A stretch of DNA of 64,000 nt from an uncultured delta proteobacterium. Its GTDB lineage: Bacteria; Desulfobacterota; Binatia; UBA9968. Location of the stretch: positions 96,001 to 160,000 of the forward strand of contig CAWDPO010000045.1 in the NCBI GenBank assembly GCA_963804165.1. The letters are read 5' to 3'. Below the pieces are notes generated by a model. That model was not told the DNA's origin and ran no database searches. It saw only the letters and a program-made list of their open reading frames with translations. Position 1 is the first letter of the stretch. Every line of letters begins with the position of its first letter. Below, piece by piece: positions 8,388 through 18,359 of this stretch. The position numbers were made by a program, and so were the translations under genes.

Positions 8388-10808
8388 CTACGGCCGTTCT
8401 TGAATCGCCTCACCATGATGCGTGTAGCGCACTGAAAGCGGCGCGTGCGGATTTGAAGGGTTAAGTGCAGTTAAGGATTCGCCCTTCGCGATCGAGCCGC
8501 CTGCGAGATAAGCATTGATGTTTCTTTCCATTTGCGCCGGAAACTCCGGCGCGGGGCCTACCAGCTTTTCGCGGTACACTCGGAGCATGAGTTCTTTGAA
8601 CACCGGCAGCGCTAGCCTGCCGCCGGTTTCTCGGGGTCCGAGGGAACGGTTGTCGTCGAAGCCTACACGGACGGCGACGGTGATTCCTTCGGGACCGTAA
8701 GTCGAGCCGACAAAGAGCGCGTCTCTGAACTCGTTTGTCGTCCCTGTCTTGCCCATAACCGCGATCGGGAAAAAGCCAGAGTCAAGTGTATGAGCCGAGC
8801 CGGTGGGAATACGCACGACACCACGCAGGCCTTCCTGAATGAGCGCGAGTGCGGAGTCGTTGACATCGATCGTATGCCGCTCTCTCTCGTTATCAGCCGC
8901 AACCTCACCCGTACCGCGGACGATTTTGCGGATCAGATACGGCTCTGCGAGGATACCCGACGCCATGGTGCGGTAGGCATTGGCCAGCTCAAGCAAATTC
9001 ACTTCGGACGCGCCCAACGCCGTCGTGGCATAGGGCTGCAATCGCGTCTTAACCCCTAGACTCCGCGACGTTCCCAGGACGCTGTCAATCCCAATCTGCC
9101 CTGTAAGCCAAATCGCTACGGTGTTTCTGGATTCCGCGAGCGCCTCACGGACCGGGATCATGCCTCGGAATTGTTCATCATAGTTTGAGATCCACTTCGT
9201 ACTTAGTTTCTCTGCATCCGGAACACCGATGGGTTCGTCGGGAACCACGGTCTCAAGATTAAAAGTTCCCTGCCGAAAAGCAGCGAGGTAGGCAAACGGT
9301 TTCATTGTCGACCCGGGTTGCCGCAGGGACTTGGTGACGCGGTTAAAGTCGCTGTATACGGCGGAGCGGTCCTGGTAAAATTGACGACCGCCCGTCTCGG
9401 CGAGGATGCTCGCGTCGCGGTTTCTCAACACGACGACAGAACCTTGGATTATCCCTTTGGCACTCGGGTGTCGTTTCTCGTAAAACTCGAGGCCGCGCTC
9501 CAGCGCCTCGTTGGCAATTTGCTGCACCCGGAGATCCACCGTCGAGTAAACCTGGATGCGTCCCTGCAAAAGATCGTTAACGCTGAAGTCGCCACGGCCT
9601 TTGAGCGCCTGCAGGATAGCTCCGAAGACCGCGGGCGCTTGAAGCATCTTGTCTTTGCGTCGCGCGATCGCTTGAAGCGGCCGCTGCTCGGCTGAATTCA
9701 CAATGTCCCGGGAAATGAAACCGTTTGCCGCCATCAGCGCCAGAGTTTGGTTTCTGCGGCGCAACACCCTTGAGGTGTCCTTCGCATTGGGGGCGTAGTC
9801 GCGCGGCGACTTCGCGATGCCTGCGAGCAGCGCTGCCTTGTCGGCGTCATCGGCGTTGAACGTGGCGAGAGACCGGCCAAAATAGTATTCCGCCGCCGTG
9901 GCAAACCCGTACCGGCTGTTTCCCATGTAAATGAAGCTGGCGTAGCGGGCCAGAATTTCTTGCTTAGCGCTGCGTTTCGAACCGAAACGCTTCTGCATCT
10001 CTCTTTCGATCCACAACGACAGGCGAATCTCCTCCACCTTGCGACCTAACATGTTGACGGTCCGCGCGCCGATCAGGGTAGACAGCGTGCGAGGGAAGAT
10101 TCCGGCAGACAGGAGCTGGTTGCTGTTTTCTTTCGCCGTTAAGTTTTTGAGAAAATGACCCCGAACGAGCTGTTGAGTGATCGTCGATCCGCCTTGCGGG
10201 AGAAACGCCGGACTCTCAACTTCGTCTTGCGCTCCGAGTCCTATGAGGCGTGCCCCCAGAGCCCGAATCCTGACTTTGCTCAGCACGCGAGGAATTACCG
10301 AATAGTCAACGCCGCTATGAGAGAAGAAGCGTTTGTCTTCGGTCGCGATGATGGCATCACGAACAATCGGCGGGATGTCCGTATACTTGGTGATCTTCCG
10401 ATACTCTTTTGCCGTTTCAATGAGCGGCTGGCCGCCGGCATCATAGACGGTGCCGATGGTAGGAAACTCAAAGCGGGCGAAGGCTTCTATGTCAGGCAAG
10501 TCACGTCGGTCAAAATAGACGTGATAAAATCCAATTGATACGACAGCGGCTAAAATCGGCGTCGTGCAAACTACAAGGTTAAAAACGCTTTTCTGCCAAT
10601 GTCGTTTGGCGAAGCGGCTACTGAAGATTCTCCGAGCCTCCCCCGGAGCACTCACGCGCATACGTCTGAGCCAGTCCCAGCGAGTCTGTGGATCGGGCGC
10701 CGGCAAAATCTTTCGCGCGCCGCCGGCCGCGGTGGAAGCTATGACCCCTAAGCCCACCAGTCCGGCGGTTAGAGCAATGAGAAGAAACATCAGCGACCAA
10801 TACAACAT
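8388..10808 (-). CDS. Class A penicillin-binding protein with DUF1328-like N-terminus
   Basis: EDKRFFSH, GGSTITQQL, RK..E (transglycosylase); STMK, SRN, KTGT (transpeptidase); start uncertain. Confidence 0.85.
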   Translation of the reverse strand: MLYWSLMFLLIALTAGLVGLGVIASTAAGGARKILPAPDPQTRWDWLRRMRVSAPGEARRIFSSRFAKRHWQKSVFNLVVCTTPILAAVVSIGFYHVYFDRRDLPDIEAFARFEFPTIGTVYDAGGQPLIETAKEYRKITKYTDIPPIVRDAIIATEDKRFFSHSGVDYSVIPRVLSKVRIRALGARLIGLGAQDEVESPAFLPQGGSTITQQLVRGHFLKNLTAKENSNQLLSAGIFPRTLSTLIGARTVNMLGRKVEEIRLSLWIEREMQKRFGSKRSAKQEILARYASFIYMGNSRYGFATAAEYYFGRSLATFNADDADKAALLAGIAKSPRDYAPNAKDTSRVLRRRNQTLALMAANGFISRDIVNSAEQRPLQAIARRKDKMLQAPAVFGAILQALKGRGDFSVNDLLQGRIQVYSTVDLRVQQIANEALERGLEFYEKRHPSAKGIIQGSVVVLRNRDASILAETGGRQFYQDRSAVYSDFNRVTKSLRQPGSTMKPFAYLAAFRQGTFNLETVVPDEPIGVPDAEKLSTKWISNYDEQFRGMIPVREALAESRNTVAIWLTGQIGIDSVLGTSRSLGVKTRLQPYATTALGASEVNLLELANAYRTMASGILAEPYLIRKIVRGTGEVAADNERERHTIDVNDSALALIQEGLRGVVRIPTGSAHTLDSGFFPIAVMGKTGTTNEFRDALFVGSTYGPEGITVAVRVGFDDNRSLGPRETGGRLALPVFKELMLRVYREKLVGPAPEFPAQMERNINAYLAGGSIAKGESLTALNPSNPHAPLSVRYTHHGEAIQERP

Positions 10809-10908
10809 AGCCTGTACTCTATGATCTCTGATTATCTGTCGCAGTTCAGTTAGCCTGGAAACCCATCGGGACTCGTCTTCGCCGCGACTACACCCCGTTC
10901 GGGCCGAG

Positions 10909-11106
10909 TTAAGACAACTTCCCCACATGGATCGCGGAGAGCGAGCTGATAAGTCCAAAAACATTCAGCAGCCACAGAACTACGCCGATGACCACGACCC
11001 CATTCAGGATCGACTTGATAGATCCTGCCATCGGTATGTAGCGATTAACGAGCCCGAGCAGAACACCGATTACGATCAAGATCACTACGAGTTGAACTAA
11101 AGGCAT
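10909..11106 (-). CDS. Thivi_2564 family membrane protein
   Basis: LIVIGVLL.LVNRYIPMAGSIKSILN.VVVI.VVLWLL. Confidence 0.8.
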   Translation of the reverse strand: MPLVQLVVILIVIGVLLGLVNRYIPMAGSIKSILNGVVVIGVVLWLLNVFGLISSLSAIHVGKLS

Positions 11107-11162
11107 AAACCACCCCCTATGTCCGGACCAGCGGCTTTAGGGCTGTTCCCGGTTATGTATTG

Positions 11163-11288
11163 TTAGTGAGCCGATTTGCGGTTCAACCTCATCGCCGCGG
11201 TAATCAACCGACGATCGGCCATGAGGCCGAGTGATAATGCGCCCGTCTGCAGCAAAATCATGATGACGACTAAAATGGTTGCGAGCAT
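11163..11288 (-). pseudogene. Degenerate DUF3309-like small protein
   Basis: MLATILVVIMILLQTGAL, then TRPHGRS..DYRG in a shifted frame, resembling the family's LGALPTWPHSRSWGY; RBS present. Confidence 0.5.
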
Positions 11289-11324
11289 ACCGCTTCCCCG
11301 TAAAGACTTTAGAAGCTAAGTGTG

Positions 11325-11340
11325 CGCAAGCCTCGTGCCG
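11325..11340 (-). promoter_or_regulatory. sigma54 promoter 4 (CGGCACGAGGCTTGCG)
   Basis: GG-N10-GC, GGCACG and TTGC. Confidence 0.8.
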
Positions 11341-11414
11341 CAACTCTTTTTGAGGGAAAGGCTAAATGTTCCGATAGATTTCCTAAGCAGTCAGGATAAG
11401 CAACTCGAGAAAGC

Positions 11415-11450
11415 TCGTCGGTAGCGTCGAGACTTTCGACCAAACGGTCG
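11415..11450. promoter_or_regulatory. Putative UAS 4
   Basis: TCGTCGGTAGCGTCGAGACTTTCGACCAAACGGTCG; TCGACC starts 96 bp from the promoter edge. Confidence 0.7.
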
Positions 11451-11710
11451 TGTTAGACTAGGCCGAGGGCGCGGTGAGGCAATGTTGGTACGGCGTCAAT
11501 AACAACCATGGTGTATTCTTGAATCCATTCCTATCCTATAGCGTTGCCGCAAAAATGAGACATTCACGAAGCGAAAAAGGAGAGGGGATGGATGTTTCTC
11601 CCGCTCTGTGTGTGAACTCGATTCGCAGATTTTCAAAAAAGGAACTGGCATATCTTCAAGGCCGAAGGGAGGTTTTAATTTACCAGCATCTCCTTACCAC
11701 TGTTTGATCG

Positions 11711-12706
11711 CTAGCTCTTCTTCGCTATTAAAATCGAATCAGGATCAAAAGGAAGCGGGCTGCTACGGAAGGGGCCTCTTATACGTGAGAACCCGGCTTG
11801 GCGCAGCCATCCGAGAATCTCGTCCGAAGCGTAACAACGTCCTTGGGGCGTGTGCAAAAAAAGCGAAACGGAAAAGAGCGTCCCCCACTCGGGCGCGGTC
11901 CTATCCCGACTCATGAAAACATCGCGCAGGATCAAATGCCCCCGAGGGTTCAGACAGCGATGGAGTTGAGCAAGTAGGGAGCGATTTTCAGCGACCCCAT
12001 GGGCGTGTAAGACATTGGAGACAAATACCGTATCGAATCCTCGTGGCAGAGCATCCCGTGAAAAATCCCGTCCGATGAGCCGCACTCTTTTCGCCATGCC
12101 CGAGTCCCCGACAGCCCGACGCGCCAGAGGAAGAATATTAGGATGCTCAACAAGAGTTGCGCGAATGCGCGGATAACGACGACAAAAAGCTGCGGCAAAG
12201 CTTCCAAGCCCGCCGCCGACATCCAGCAGAGTCCGGCAGCTGATCAGGGGTAATTTCTCGATCAGATAGGGCGCGATCTGCTGCGCATGGAGATCCAGAG
12301 CGCAAAGTAAGCGCTTAGCCTGGGCGCGATCCGAGATGAAAGGTTTCTGGGTCCTTGGTCTATTTCCGGTTATGAGGTTGGAAGCGAGCCCACTCCAACT
12401 GTTCCAAGCGTCATAATTGGGCAGCAGCAAAGTTGCTCCGGCCCCACTAAGATGACGCGAAGAAAAAGGGGAGTTGCTAAATTTTGCTCCGCGTTTCCGC
12501 ATCAAGCCCATACCGCAGAGCGCATTGAGAAACATCTCCCACCCCACCGCATGGCCACCAAAATGAGCCGCCAGCGCTCGTGGACTTTTTTCCAGCTTGC
12601 CCATCCAACCGAACAAATCCAGATGGGCCGCGGTGATAAGAATGCACGAACGCCAATAGCTGCTTTCGCCTCGAAGTCTTTCAAGATTCCATTTTTTACT
12701 CGCCAT
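11711..12706 (-). CDS. SAM-dependent O-methyltransferase (dimerisation domain plus Methyltransf_2)
   Basis: LLDVGGGLG motif I, SNVLH. Confidence 0.85.
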   Translation of the reverse strand: MASKKWNLERLRGESSYWRSCILITAAHLDLFGWMGKLEKSPRALAAHFGGHAVGWEMFLNALCGMGLMRKRGAKFSNSPFSSRHLSGAGATLLLPNYDAWNSWSGLASNLITGNRPRTQKPFISDRAQAKRLLCALDLHAQQIAPYLIEKLPLISCRTLLDVGGGLGSFAAAFCRRYPRIRATLVEHPNILPLARRAVGDSGMAKRVRLIGRDFSRDALPRGFDTVFVSNVLHAHGVAENRSLLAQLHRCLNPRGHLILRDVFMSRDRTAPEWGTLFSVSLFLHTPQGRCYASDEILGWLRQAGFSRIRGPFRSSPLPFDPDSILIAKKS

Positions 12707-12721
12707 TGCTTGCCGTTGACC

Positions 12722-13771
12722 TCACGTTCCGGTCCAACGCCCGCTCGCGGCCATTTGATAGAGCCCCTCATACCCATCGACCATCTGCTCCACAGAGAAA
12801 TGTTCCTCGACCCACTCCCTGCAGCGCGCGCGATCCAGGGTCGCGATCCGATCCATCATCTCAACCATCTCATCCTCAATGTCGAGCAGATAGCCGGTCT
12901 CGCCGTGCTTGATCAACTCAGGCATGGAGCCACGCCGGTAGGCCACCACCGGAGTTCCCGCAGCCATGGCTTCGATTACGACCATGCCGAACGGCTCATC
13001 CCACTGCAGTGGGAAAAGGAACCCTTTGGCCTTGCCCATCAGTTGAACGATCTCGTGATAAGGTAGCTTTTCGATGTAGCGGATCTTATCGCCGTCAATA
13101 TGCGGCTTCACCTCCTTGAGAAAGTACTCCTCGCTCCACGGCAGGTGAGTGGTGACATGGCCGACGATGAGTAGCCTCGCGCCAGCCTTCTTAGCGATGC
13201 GGATCGCCTCGGCTATCCCCTTTCCCGGCGTCATGCGGCCGACGATGATGAAGAAATTTTCCGGTTTATCGTTAAAAAGTATCTCGTTCATATCGATACC
13301 GTTATAAACAACCGGGATCGAATCGTCTCCTAACATTTTCCTTTGAGCCTGGCTTACACATATCGGAAGGCACTGCGGGAAGTGTGTTCGATAGTATTCG
13401 TGGAGTTCTTTTTCTATATAACCGTAAGTGACCAACGTCGGCGTTGTAGTGAATGCAGAAAAATAAGGAACCAGCGTAGGCCAGTGAGCATGAATGAGGT
13501 CGAAACGTTCGGCCTGGCGATAGAGGTGGTAGGTGTGTCGCGTCTCAAACTCCTTTTCCAGATAAAAGGTCGAAAGGGGATCATCCTGGCAGGCGATGGG
13601 CAAGACCGACTGGAGGGTGCAGTCAACCTTCGAATCCCCCGAAGCAAAAAGTTCAACCTCATGTCCGCGCCGGCTGAGCTGCTGGCAAAGATGATAGACG
13701 ATACGCTCCGTTCCTCCATGCGTCTTCGGCGGAACGGAGATGTAAACACTTGTAATTTGAGCGATCTTCAT
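12722..13771 (-). CDS. Glycosyltransferase family 4
   Basis: VPPKTHGGTER, EPFGMVVIEAMAAGTPV. Confidence 0.9.
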   Translation of the reverse strand: MKIAQITSVYISVPPKTHGGTERIVYHLCQQLSRRGHEVELFASGDSKVDCTLQSVLPIACQDDPLSTFYLEKEFETRHTYHLYRQAERFDLIHAHWPTLVPYFSAFTTTPTLVTYGYIEKELHEYYRTHFPQCLPICVSQAQRKMLGDDSIPVVYNGIDMNEILFNDKPENFFIIVGRMTPGKGIAEAIRIAKKAGARLLIVGHVTTHLPWSEEYFLKEVKPHIDGDKIRYIEKLPYHEIVQLMGKAKGFLFPLQWDEPFGMVVIEAMAAGTPVVAYRRGSMPELIKHGETGYLLDIEDEMVEMMDRIATLDRARCREWVEEHFSVEQMVDGYEGLYQMAASGRWTGT

Positions 13772-14079
13772 GCCGAAACCTTGGTATATATGACAAAACG
13801 CAGCGCGAGAAGACCTTTAGAAATGCCTGGCCGAAAATGCGTGCCTCGAATCGATGTTGGCAATTCAAGCAGCGAGAACGTTGTTGCGCAAGCCGAACTG
13901 CGTCGGAGTGAAAGCGGAAGTTGAAACGAGGTTCAAGCGAAACGGTAAAGCTGGGGAAAAAACTAAGTCCGGCAAAAAAGAGTGCGACCAGGTTCCAGAT
14001 CAGGTTAACGACGAGGACCAGAAGGGACGACCGAGCTGGCGCGCCCCCCTCAGATTACCGATATTCGTTCGAACCTGAC

Positions 14080-14274
14080 TTAATTCCAGAAATAAGGGCG
14101 GTTAATGATTTTACCGCTAAACGATACGCCTTTTAAAATTTCCATCAAAACCAGACGGGTGAGCTCATAGGCCTCTTTTGGGTCTGCAGAATTTTCCAAG
14201 GCGACGTCACTGATGGCCGCTATGAGATCTCCCAAGGTGGTATCGATTCTGTTTCGGTTATGCCTTAATTTCAT
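14080..14274 (-). CDS. Small hypothetical protein (TTLGDLIAA motif)
   Basis: AAGGA RBS; compact helical ORF. Confidence 0.55.
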   Translation of the reverse strand: MKLRHNRNRIDTTLGDLIAAISDVALENSADPKEAYELTRLVLMEILKGVSFSGKIINRPYFWN

Positions 14275-14410
14275 GGCGCTTCCTTTCGCTTCATAGAACA
14301 GAAACGAATTGATGTTGTTTTTGAGACACGAGCGCTAACACGATTAATCAACCCCTTGTTCCGACGGCCGGCATCCCTCGAACGTCGTTCCTACCGATTG
14401 GATGACCGAT

Positions 14411-14815
14411 TCACAGGACCGCTGCCGCTATTGCTTTTGGTCTTTCTCCGGACACGAGATTGGTGAGACTCGTTTGGAGCGCGGCAATCGCGAAAGGCTT
14501 GGAAATGAAATCATCGCAGCCTGCCGCAAGACACCGCTGCCGGGCGATATGGTCGGGAAACGCGGTCGCTGCAAGGATGGGGATGCTCTTGTAGACACGA
14601 TGGTTTTTTAGAATCGTGGCGAGCTCGAAGCCGTTCATCTCCGGCATCCGCATGTCCATGAGAATGATTCCCGGTGTTTCGCGCTCGAGTTTGTCCAGCG
14701 CTTTTCGGCCACTCTCGGCAAGGATTGGGTTCCATCCGGATGCGGCCAGAACCGATCCGAGCATTTCGCGCAGATCACAATTATCTTCGACAATCAAAAT
14801 CTTCCTTGACATCAA
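14411..14815 (-). CDS. Single-domain response regulator
   Basis: ILIVEDN, LMDMRMPEMNG, ATA, ISKP. Confidence 0.9.
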   Translation of the reverse strand: MMSRKILIVEDNCDLREMLGSVLAASGWNPILAESGRKALDKLERETPGIILMDMRMPEMNGFELATILKNHRVYKSIPILAATAFPDHIARQRCLAAGCDDFISKPFAIAALQTSLTNLVSGERPKAIAAAVL

Positions 14816-14882
14816 CAGCTCTCCTCTAACAAGGCGTTACCCATCGTGATGATGAGGATGGAGCGGACCTTTTTTATGTGGC

Positions 14883-14925
14883 AACTTACTCTGACTCTGA
14901 TGTTATTTCCGTCTAATATTGAACC
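14883..14925 (-). promoter_or_regulatory. Operator copy d plus -10 TAAGTT
   Basis: GGTTCAATATTAGACG-N21-TAAGTT. Confidence 0.7.
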
Positions 14926-15100
14926 ATTTTAAAAAAAGATTGTGCGGCTGACGGCGCCGGTCTCGGCGATCGGAGCCACAATCAGTGTGAACATCGACAT
15001 ATCTCGAAACCAACATCTGGTTAATCGATGGCCCACCATCGAGTAAGATTTTGCAGGCCGAGGTCATGCTCCCTGAGTGAAGGATCTCTCGAAGGGGATT

Positions 15101-16666
15101 TTAAGCCAGTGGCTGCAGCTGTTTTCGAATTGTGACGTGCTGCGCCTGATAGGCAATCACGCGGTCACCGCCGGCCTGCTTGGCGGCGTACATGGCATTG
15201 TCAGCCGCTTGGAGCAATTCAGCAGCCGTGGAACCGTGTTCAGGCGCACCTGCAACGCCGGCCGATATGGTGATCGGGCCTAACACTGGGCCACCGTGGC
15301 GAATCGGTGATTCTTTGACCAGAGCGCGGATTTGTTCCACGCGTTGCTGGGTGTCCGCCAGCGATGAATCGGGCAGCACGAGGACAAACTCATCCCCGCC
15401 ATAGCGGCACGAGATATCGCTCTTACGCAGCTTCTCACGCAGCACTTCCGCCAACTCGCGTAATCGATCGTCGCCGGCATCATGGCCGAAAGTGTCGTTG
15501 TACGGCTTTAAGTTATCGAGGTCGAGCATCGCGACACAGAGTGGAGAATTTCGGCGCTTTGCACGATGCAGCTCGCGTGACAGACTCTCGTCCAAATAGC
15601 GTCGGTTGAACAGCCCGGTCAGCGGATCGTGGATGGCCTCCTCCCGCAGTTTCTCTCGCAGTTTCAAATTGGACAAGGACATCTTGATCGTTTCGCCCAC
15701 TTCCACGGCCAGTTGTTGCCTCGTGACTGAACCTCGAGCTTTTTCCGCCGCGCCGGTGAGACACAACAGTCCGGTTGTTCCGCTCTGGACTATCAATGGC
15801 ACACACAAATCGCCGGCCTGGGGTTGATCGACAAAGTGATGACACAGCAAATCCGTCCGGGGATCGCTAACTTCATGCAATTTACCGCGGCGTAACGCCC
15901 AACAGTCCTCCAATGAAAAACTGGACTTTAGTATTGTCTCATCGCCCCATCGCGCGACCGTCTCCAAATGTCGATCCGGGCCAGACAAAATGGCTAAACA
16001 ACCACTCTGCCCCGCGAATAATTCGATGGCCACGTGAGCAACCACCTGGTAGGCCTCGGCCTGGCTTGTGCAGGATTGAAGCAGATCGTTCAGGCGGATG
16101 AGCGACTTCATTTCCTCGTCACGCCTTTGCAGTTCAACCACAGAAGCCACTAACTGACCATTTACCGCCCGCATACCCTCCTCGGCCTGTTTGCGCGCGG
16201 TGATATCGCGGACGTTGCACTGGATCACGCGCCAGCCGTCGACCAGGTAGACATTGCTGACGAACTCCACCTGGATTTGCTTTCCGCTCTTGGTTTCCAA
16301 CGGCAGATTCTCGTAACGGACGTATTCCTTTTTCTGCAAGTGGCGCATGGCGTCCTGGCTCGCGGCAATATCTTTGACCGACCCGATCTCCCAGAGTGCT
16401 TTGCCAATCAACTCGGTGTGAGAATATCCCAGCAGGTCTTGCAGGAACGGGTTGACGTCGGTGATCCGCGCCGTGTCCGCATCCAGGAGAAGTATGCCAT
16501 CCTTAGCCGTCTCGAAGAGGCGCCGATAGCGAACTTCAGAAGTCCGCACTTGCTCCGGCGTAGGCATGGCACCATTGTCGAGCTGATCGTCCATAGCAAA
16601 ACCCCTTTCCCGGCCAGTACGCTGCTCGCCCCGTTGGTTAGTATTTGTGCGGGGCGGTTTGATCAT
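15101..16666 (-). CDS. PAS-GAF-GGDEF diguanylate cyclase
   Basis: DPLTGLFNRR, RKSD I-site, YGGDEF; start may be 16594. Confidence 0.9.
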   Translation of the reverse strand: MIKPPRTNTNQRGEQRTGRERGFAMDDQLDNGAMPTPEQVRTSEVRYRRLFETAKDGILLLDADTARITDVNPFLQDLLGYSHTELIGKALWEIGSVKDIAASQDAMRHLQKKEYVRYENLPLETKSGKQIQVEFVSNVYLVDGWRVIQCNVRDITARKQAEEGMRAVNGQLVASVVELQRRDEEMKSLIRLNDLLQSCTSQAEAYQVVAHVAIELFAGQSGCLAILSGPDRHLETVARWGDETILKSSFSLEDCWALRRGKLHEVSDPRTDLLCHHFVDQPQAGDLCVPLIVQSGTTGLLCLTGAAEKARGSVTRQQLAVEVGETIKMSLSNLKLREKLREEAIHDPLTGLFNRRYLDESLSRELHRAKRRNSPLCVAMLDLDNLKPYNDTFGHDAGDDRLRELAEVLREKLRKSDISCRYGGDEFVLVLPDSSLADTQQRVEQIRALVKESPIRHGGPVLGPITISAGVAGAPEHGSTAAELLQAADNAMYAAKQAGGDRVIAYQAQHVTIRKQLQPLA

Positions 16667-16795
16667 ATGTCCACCGATATTAAGAAACTCCGATCGTCAA
16701 CTATTCTCGAACGCAGTTTATTTGATTGAATGGTACGCCCTTTCAGGACAAGTTATGTCTAAGCGTAACCAGGAACAGCCGCTCTTTACCGAATC

Positions 16796-17404
16796 CTACG
16801 GCTGCTTTTCTTTCATCGTACGCACGAGCTCGGCGAAAGAAGATCGCGCGATGACGCGATCGAACTGGGATCGGTAGTTGTTGACTACACTGATGTCTGC
16901 GATCACCAGATCGTAGACTTTCCATTCCTTGTCGACGCGATGGAGTTTGTAGTTGATCGCCAAAGGGGGCTGGTTATCGCCGACGATCTTGGTGTCCACC
17001 TGCGCATAGTTCTGATCCTCGCTCTCGCGCGTGTAGAGGACATCTTGACTGGTATAGGATTCAATGTTTTCGGCGTACGATCTTCCCATCAGCGCGGCGA
17101 AAATTCCTATGAATTCCCGCTGCTCCTCCGGGGTCCGGCGTGTCCAGTTCGGCCCGAGAGAGCGTTTGGCCATCTCCGGGAAATCAAACCTGGGATGAAT
17201 GACCTCAATCAATTTAGCCCGCTGCTCGTCCATTTGTGGCTTCGATTTTGAGTTTGAACTTCTGACGATAGTCAGCACCTTGTCCACGGTGGCGCGCACT
17301 TGTTCCGTCGGACTGCCGGCTCTTGACGCTGCGGGAAGGGCAAGACAGCACAGCAAAAACAAGAGGCTTACAATGATGAATCGAGCCAGTAGAATTGCTT
17401 TCAT
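16796..17404 (-). CDS. mlaC: MlaC/Ttg2D phospholipid-binding protein
   Basis: FDFPEMAKRSLG, WKVYDLVIADISVVNNYRSQF; alternative start 17575. Confidence 0.85.
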   Translation of the reverse strand: MKAILLARFIIVSLLFLLCCLALPAASRAGSPTEQVRATVDKVLTIVRSSNSKSKPQMDEQRAKLIEVIHPRFDFPEMAKRSLGPNWTRRTPEEQREFIGIFAALMGRSYAENIESYTSQDVLYTRESEDQNYAQVDTKIVGDNQPPLAINYKLHRVDKEWKVYDLVIADISVVNNYRSQFDRVIARSSFAELVRTMKEKQP

Positions 17405-17711
17405 CGCTGCGTTTATTACAACGTGCTTGATCTTACTCACCCCCCTCGCCACCGTGCTCATGACCTTGCCCTTGATGGGATCGACTTTTCCCTCCCTCTG
17501 GTGCTGGTCATTACAAGTGAGTGTTCCCGCCACTTCTTGAATCCGCCACTTATTCTGTTCGGTTTTGCTAATCATTGCCGTTTTCCTTTCTTTGACGAAG
17601 CACGACGCGCAATCTAGTTGGACGCCGGTTAGAGCCAGCCGGTTAGTAACCGTGAATAAGCACCACTCCGTCGGCGCCAAGGCGCATATTCTGTTGTCTT
17701 CGTTTGCAGTG

Positions 17712-17754
17712 AGCTTAGGCTGGGTCAGGCGAGATTGCGGTCTAATATTGAACC
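17712..17754 (-). promoter_or_regulatory. Operator copy e plus -10 TAAGCT
   Basis: GGTTCAATATTAGACC-N21-TAAGCT. Confidence 0.7.
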
Positions 17755-17923
17755 CTTTTGAAAAGAATCGACCCGAGCCCAAACGCCGGCACGGCGGCCT
17801 CCAGGAAGGTTGTGAGGCCCCGAATGCTTCACGTTCGAATCTCGACTTTCTGGGCCATGACCCGGATCAGCGCTATTTCCGCGGACGTCTACCTGTGAGC
17901 CTGGCAATAATTCTTTTCGATAC

Positions 17924-17966
17924 TGTCCAATATTGGACAGCAACTGTCGCTGAGTAAGCCCAGCAT
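17924..17966 (+). promoter_or_regulatory. Operator copy f (perfect palindrome) plus -10-like CAGCAT
   Basis: TGTCCAATATTGGACA-N21-CAGCAT, divergent from copy e. Confidence 0.7.
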
Positions 17967-18035
17967 GAAGATCAAAAGACTCCCATGGCAGGCTCGAGCA
18001 CAATGCTCGGGTGCCAGTGCCAGAAGGAAGGGAAC

Positions 18036-18359
18036 ATGGCTTGGTATGCGGTTGATGTGCGAGACGGAGTGGTGCGGCGTGTGACTGCGGAATCCACGGA
18101 ATCCACCGAGGCGGACAACCAGGGCCGTGTTCTGGTCGAAGCCGGTTCCGCGAAACAGGCGCGGACCAAAGCCAACCGCTCATCGGGTGGGATTGCTACT
18201 GCCGAATGCGACTGCTGCCGCCATCGTTTTTGCAGTGTTTGTGAAGAATGCTCCGTCACAAAACAATACTCGGACTATTGGATTTGTCACCACTGTGGGG
18301 AATTAAATCGGCGTGTTCCAAACTTGTACTTAAAGGAGGTATCTCATGGATTGGGATAA
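18036..18359 (+). CDS. Cys-rich putative zinc-binding protein
   Basis: CDCC, CSVCEEC, CHHC; purine-rich RBS. Confidence 0.6.
   Translation: MAWYAVDVRDGVVRRVTAESTESTEADNQGRVLVEAGSAKQARTKANRSSGGIATAECDCCRHRFCSVCEECSVTKQYSDYWICHHCGELNRRVPNLYLKEVSHGLG

Noticed and set aside
13829-13847. Possible fifth sigma54 promoter (AGGCACGCATTTTCGG) upstream of the GT4 gene
   Set aside because: It lacks the -12 GC at the correct spacing, and no TCGAC-type element lies about 95 bp upstream.
17576-17782. Long N-terminal extension of MlaC (328-aa ORF)
   Set aside because: It runs through operator copy e and its -10 element; the signal peptide begins further downstream.
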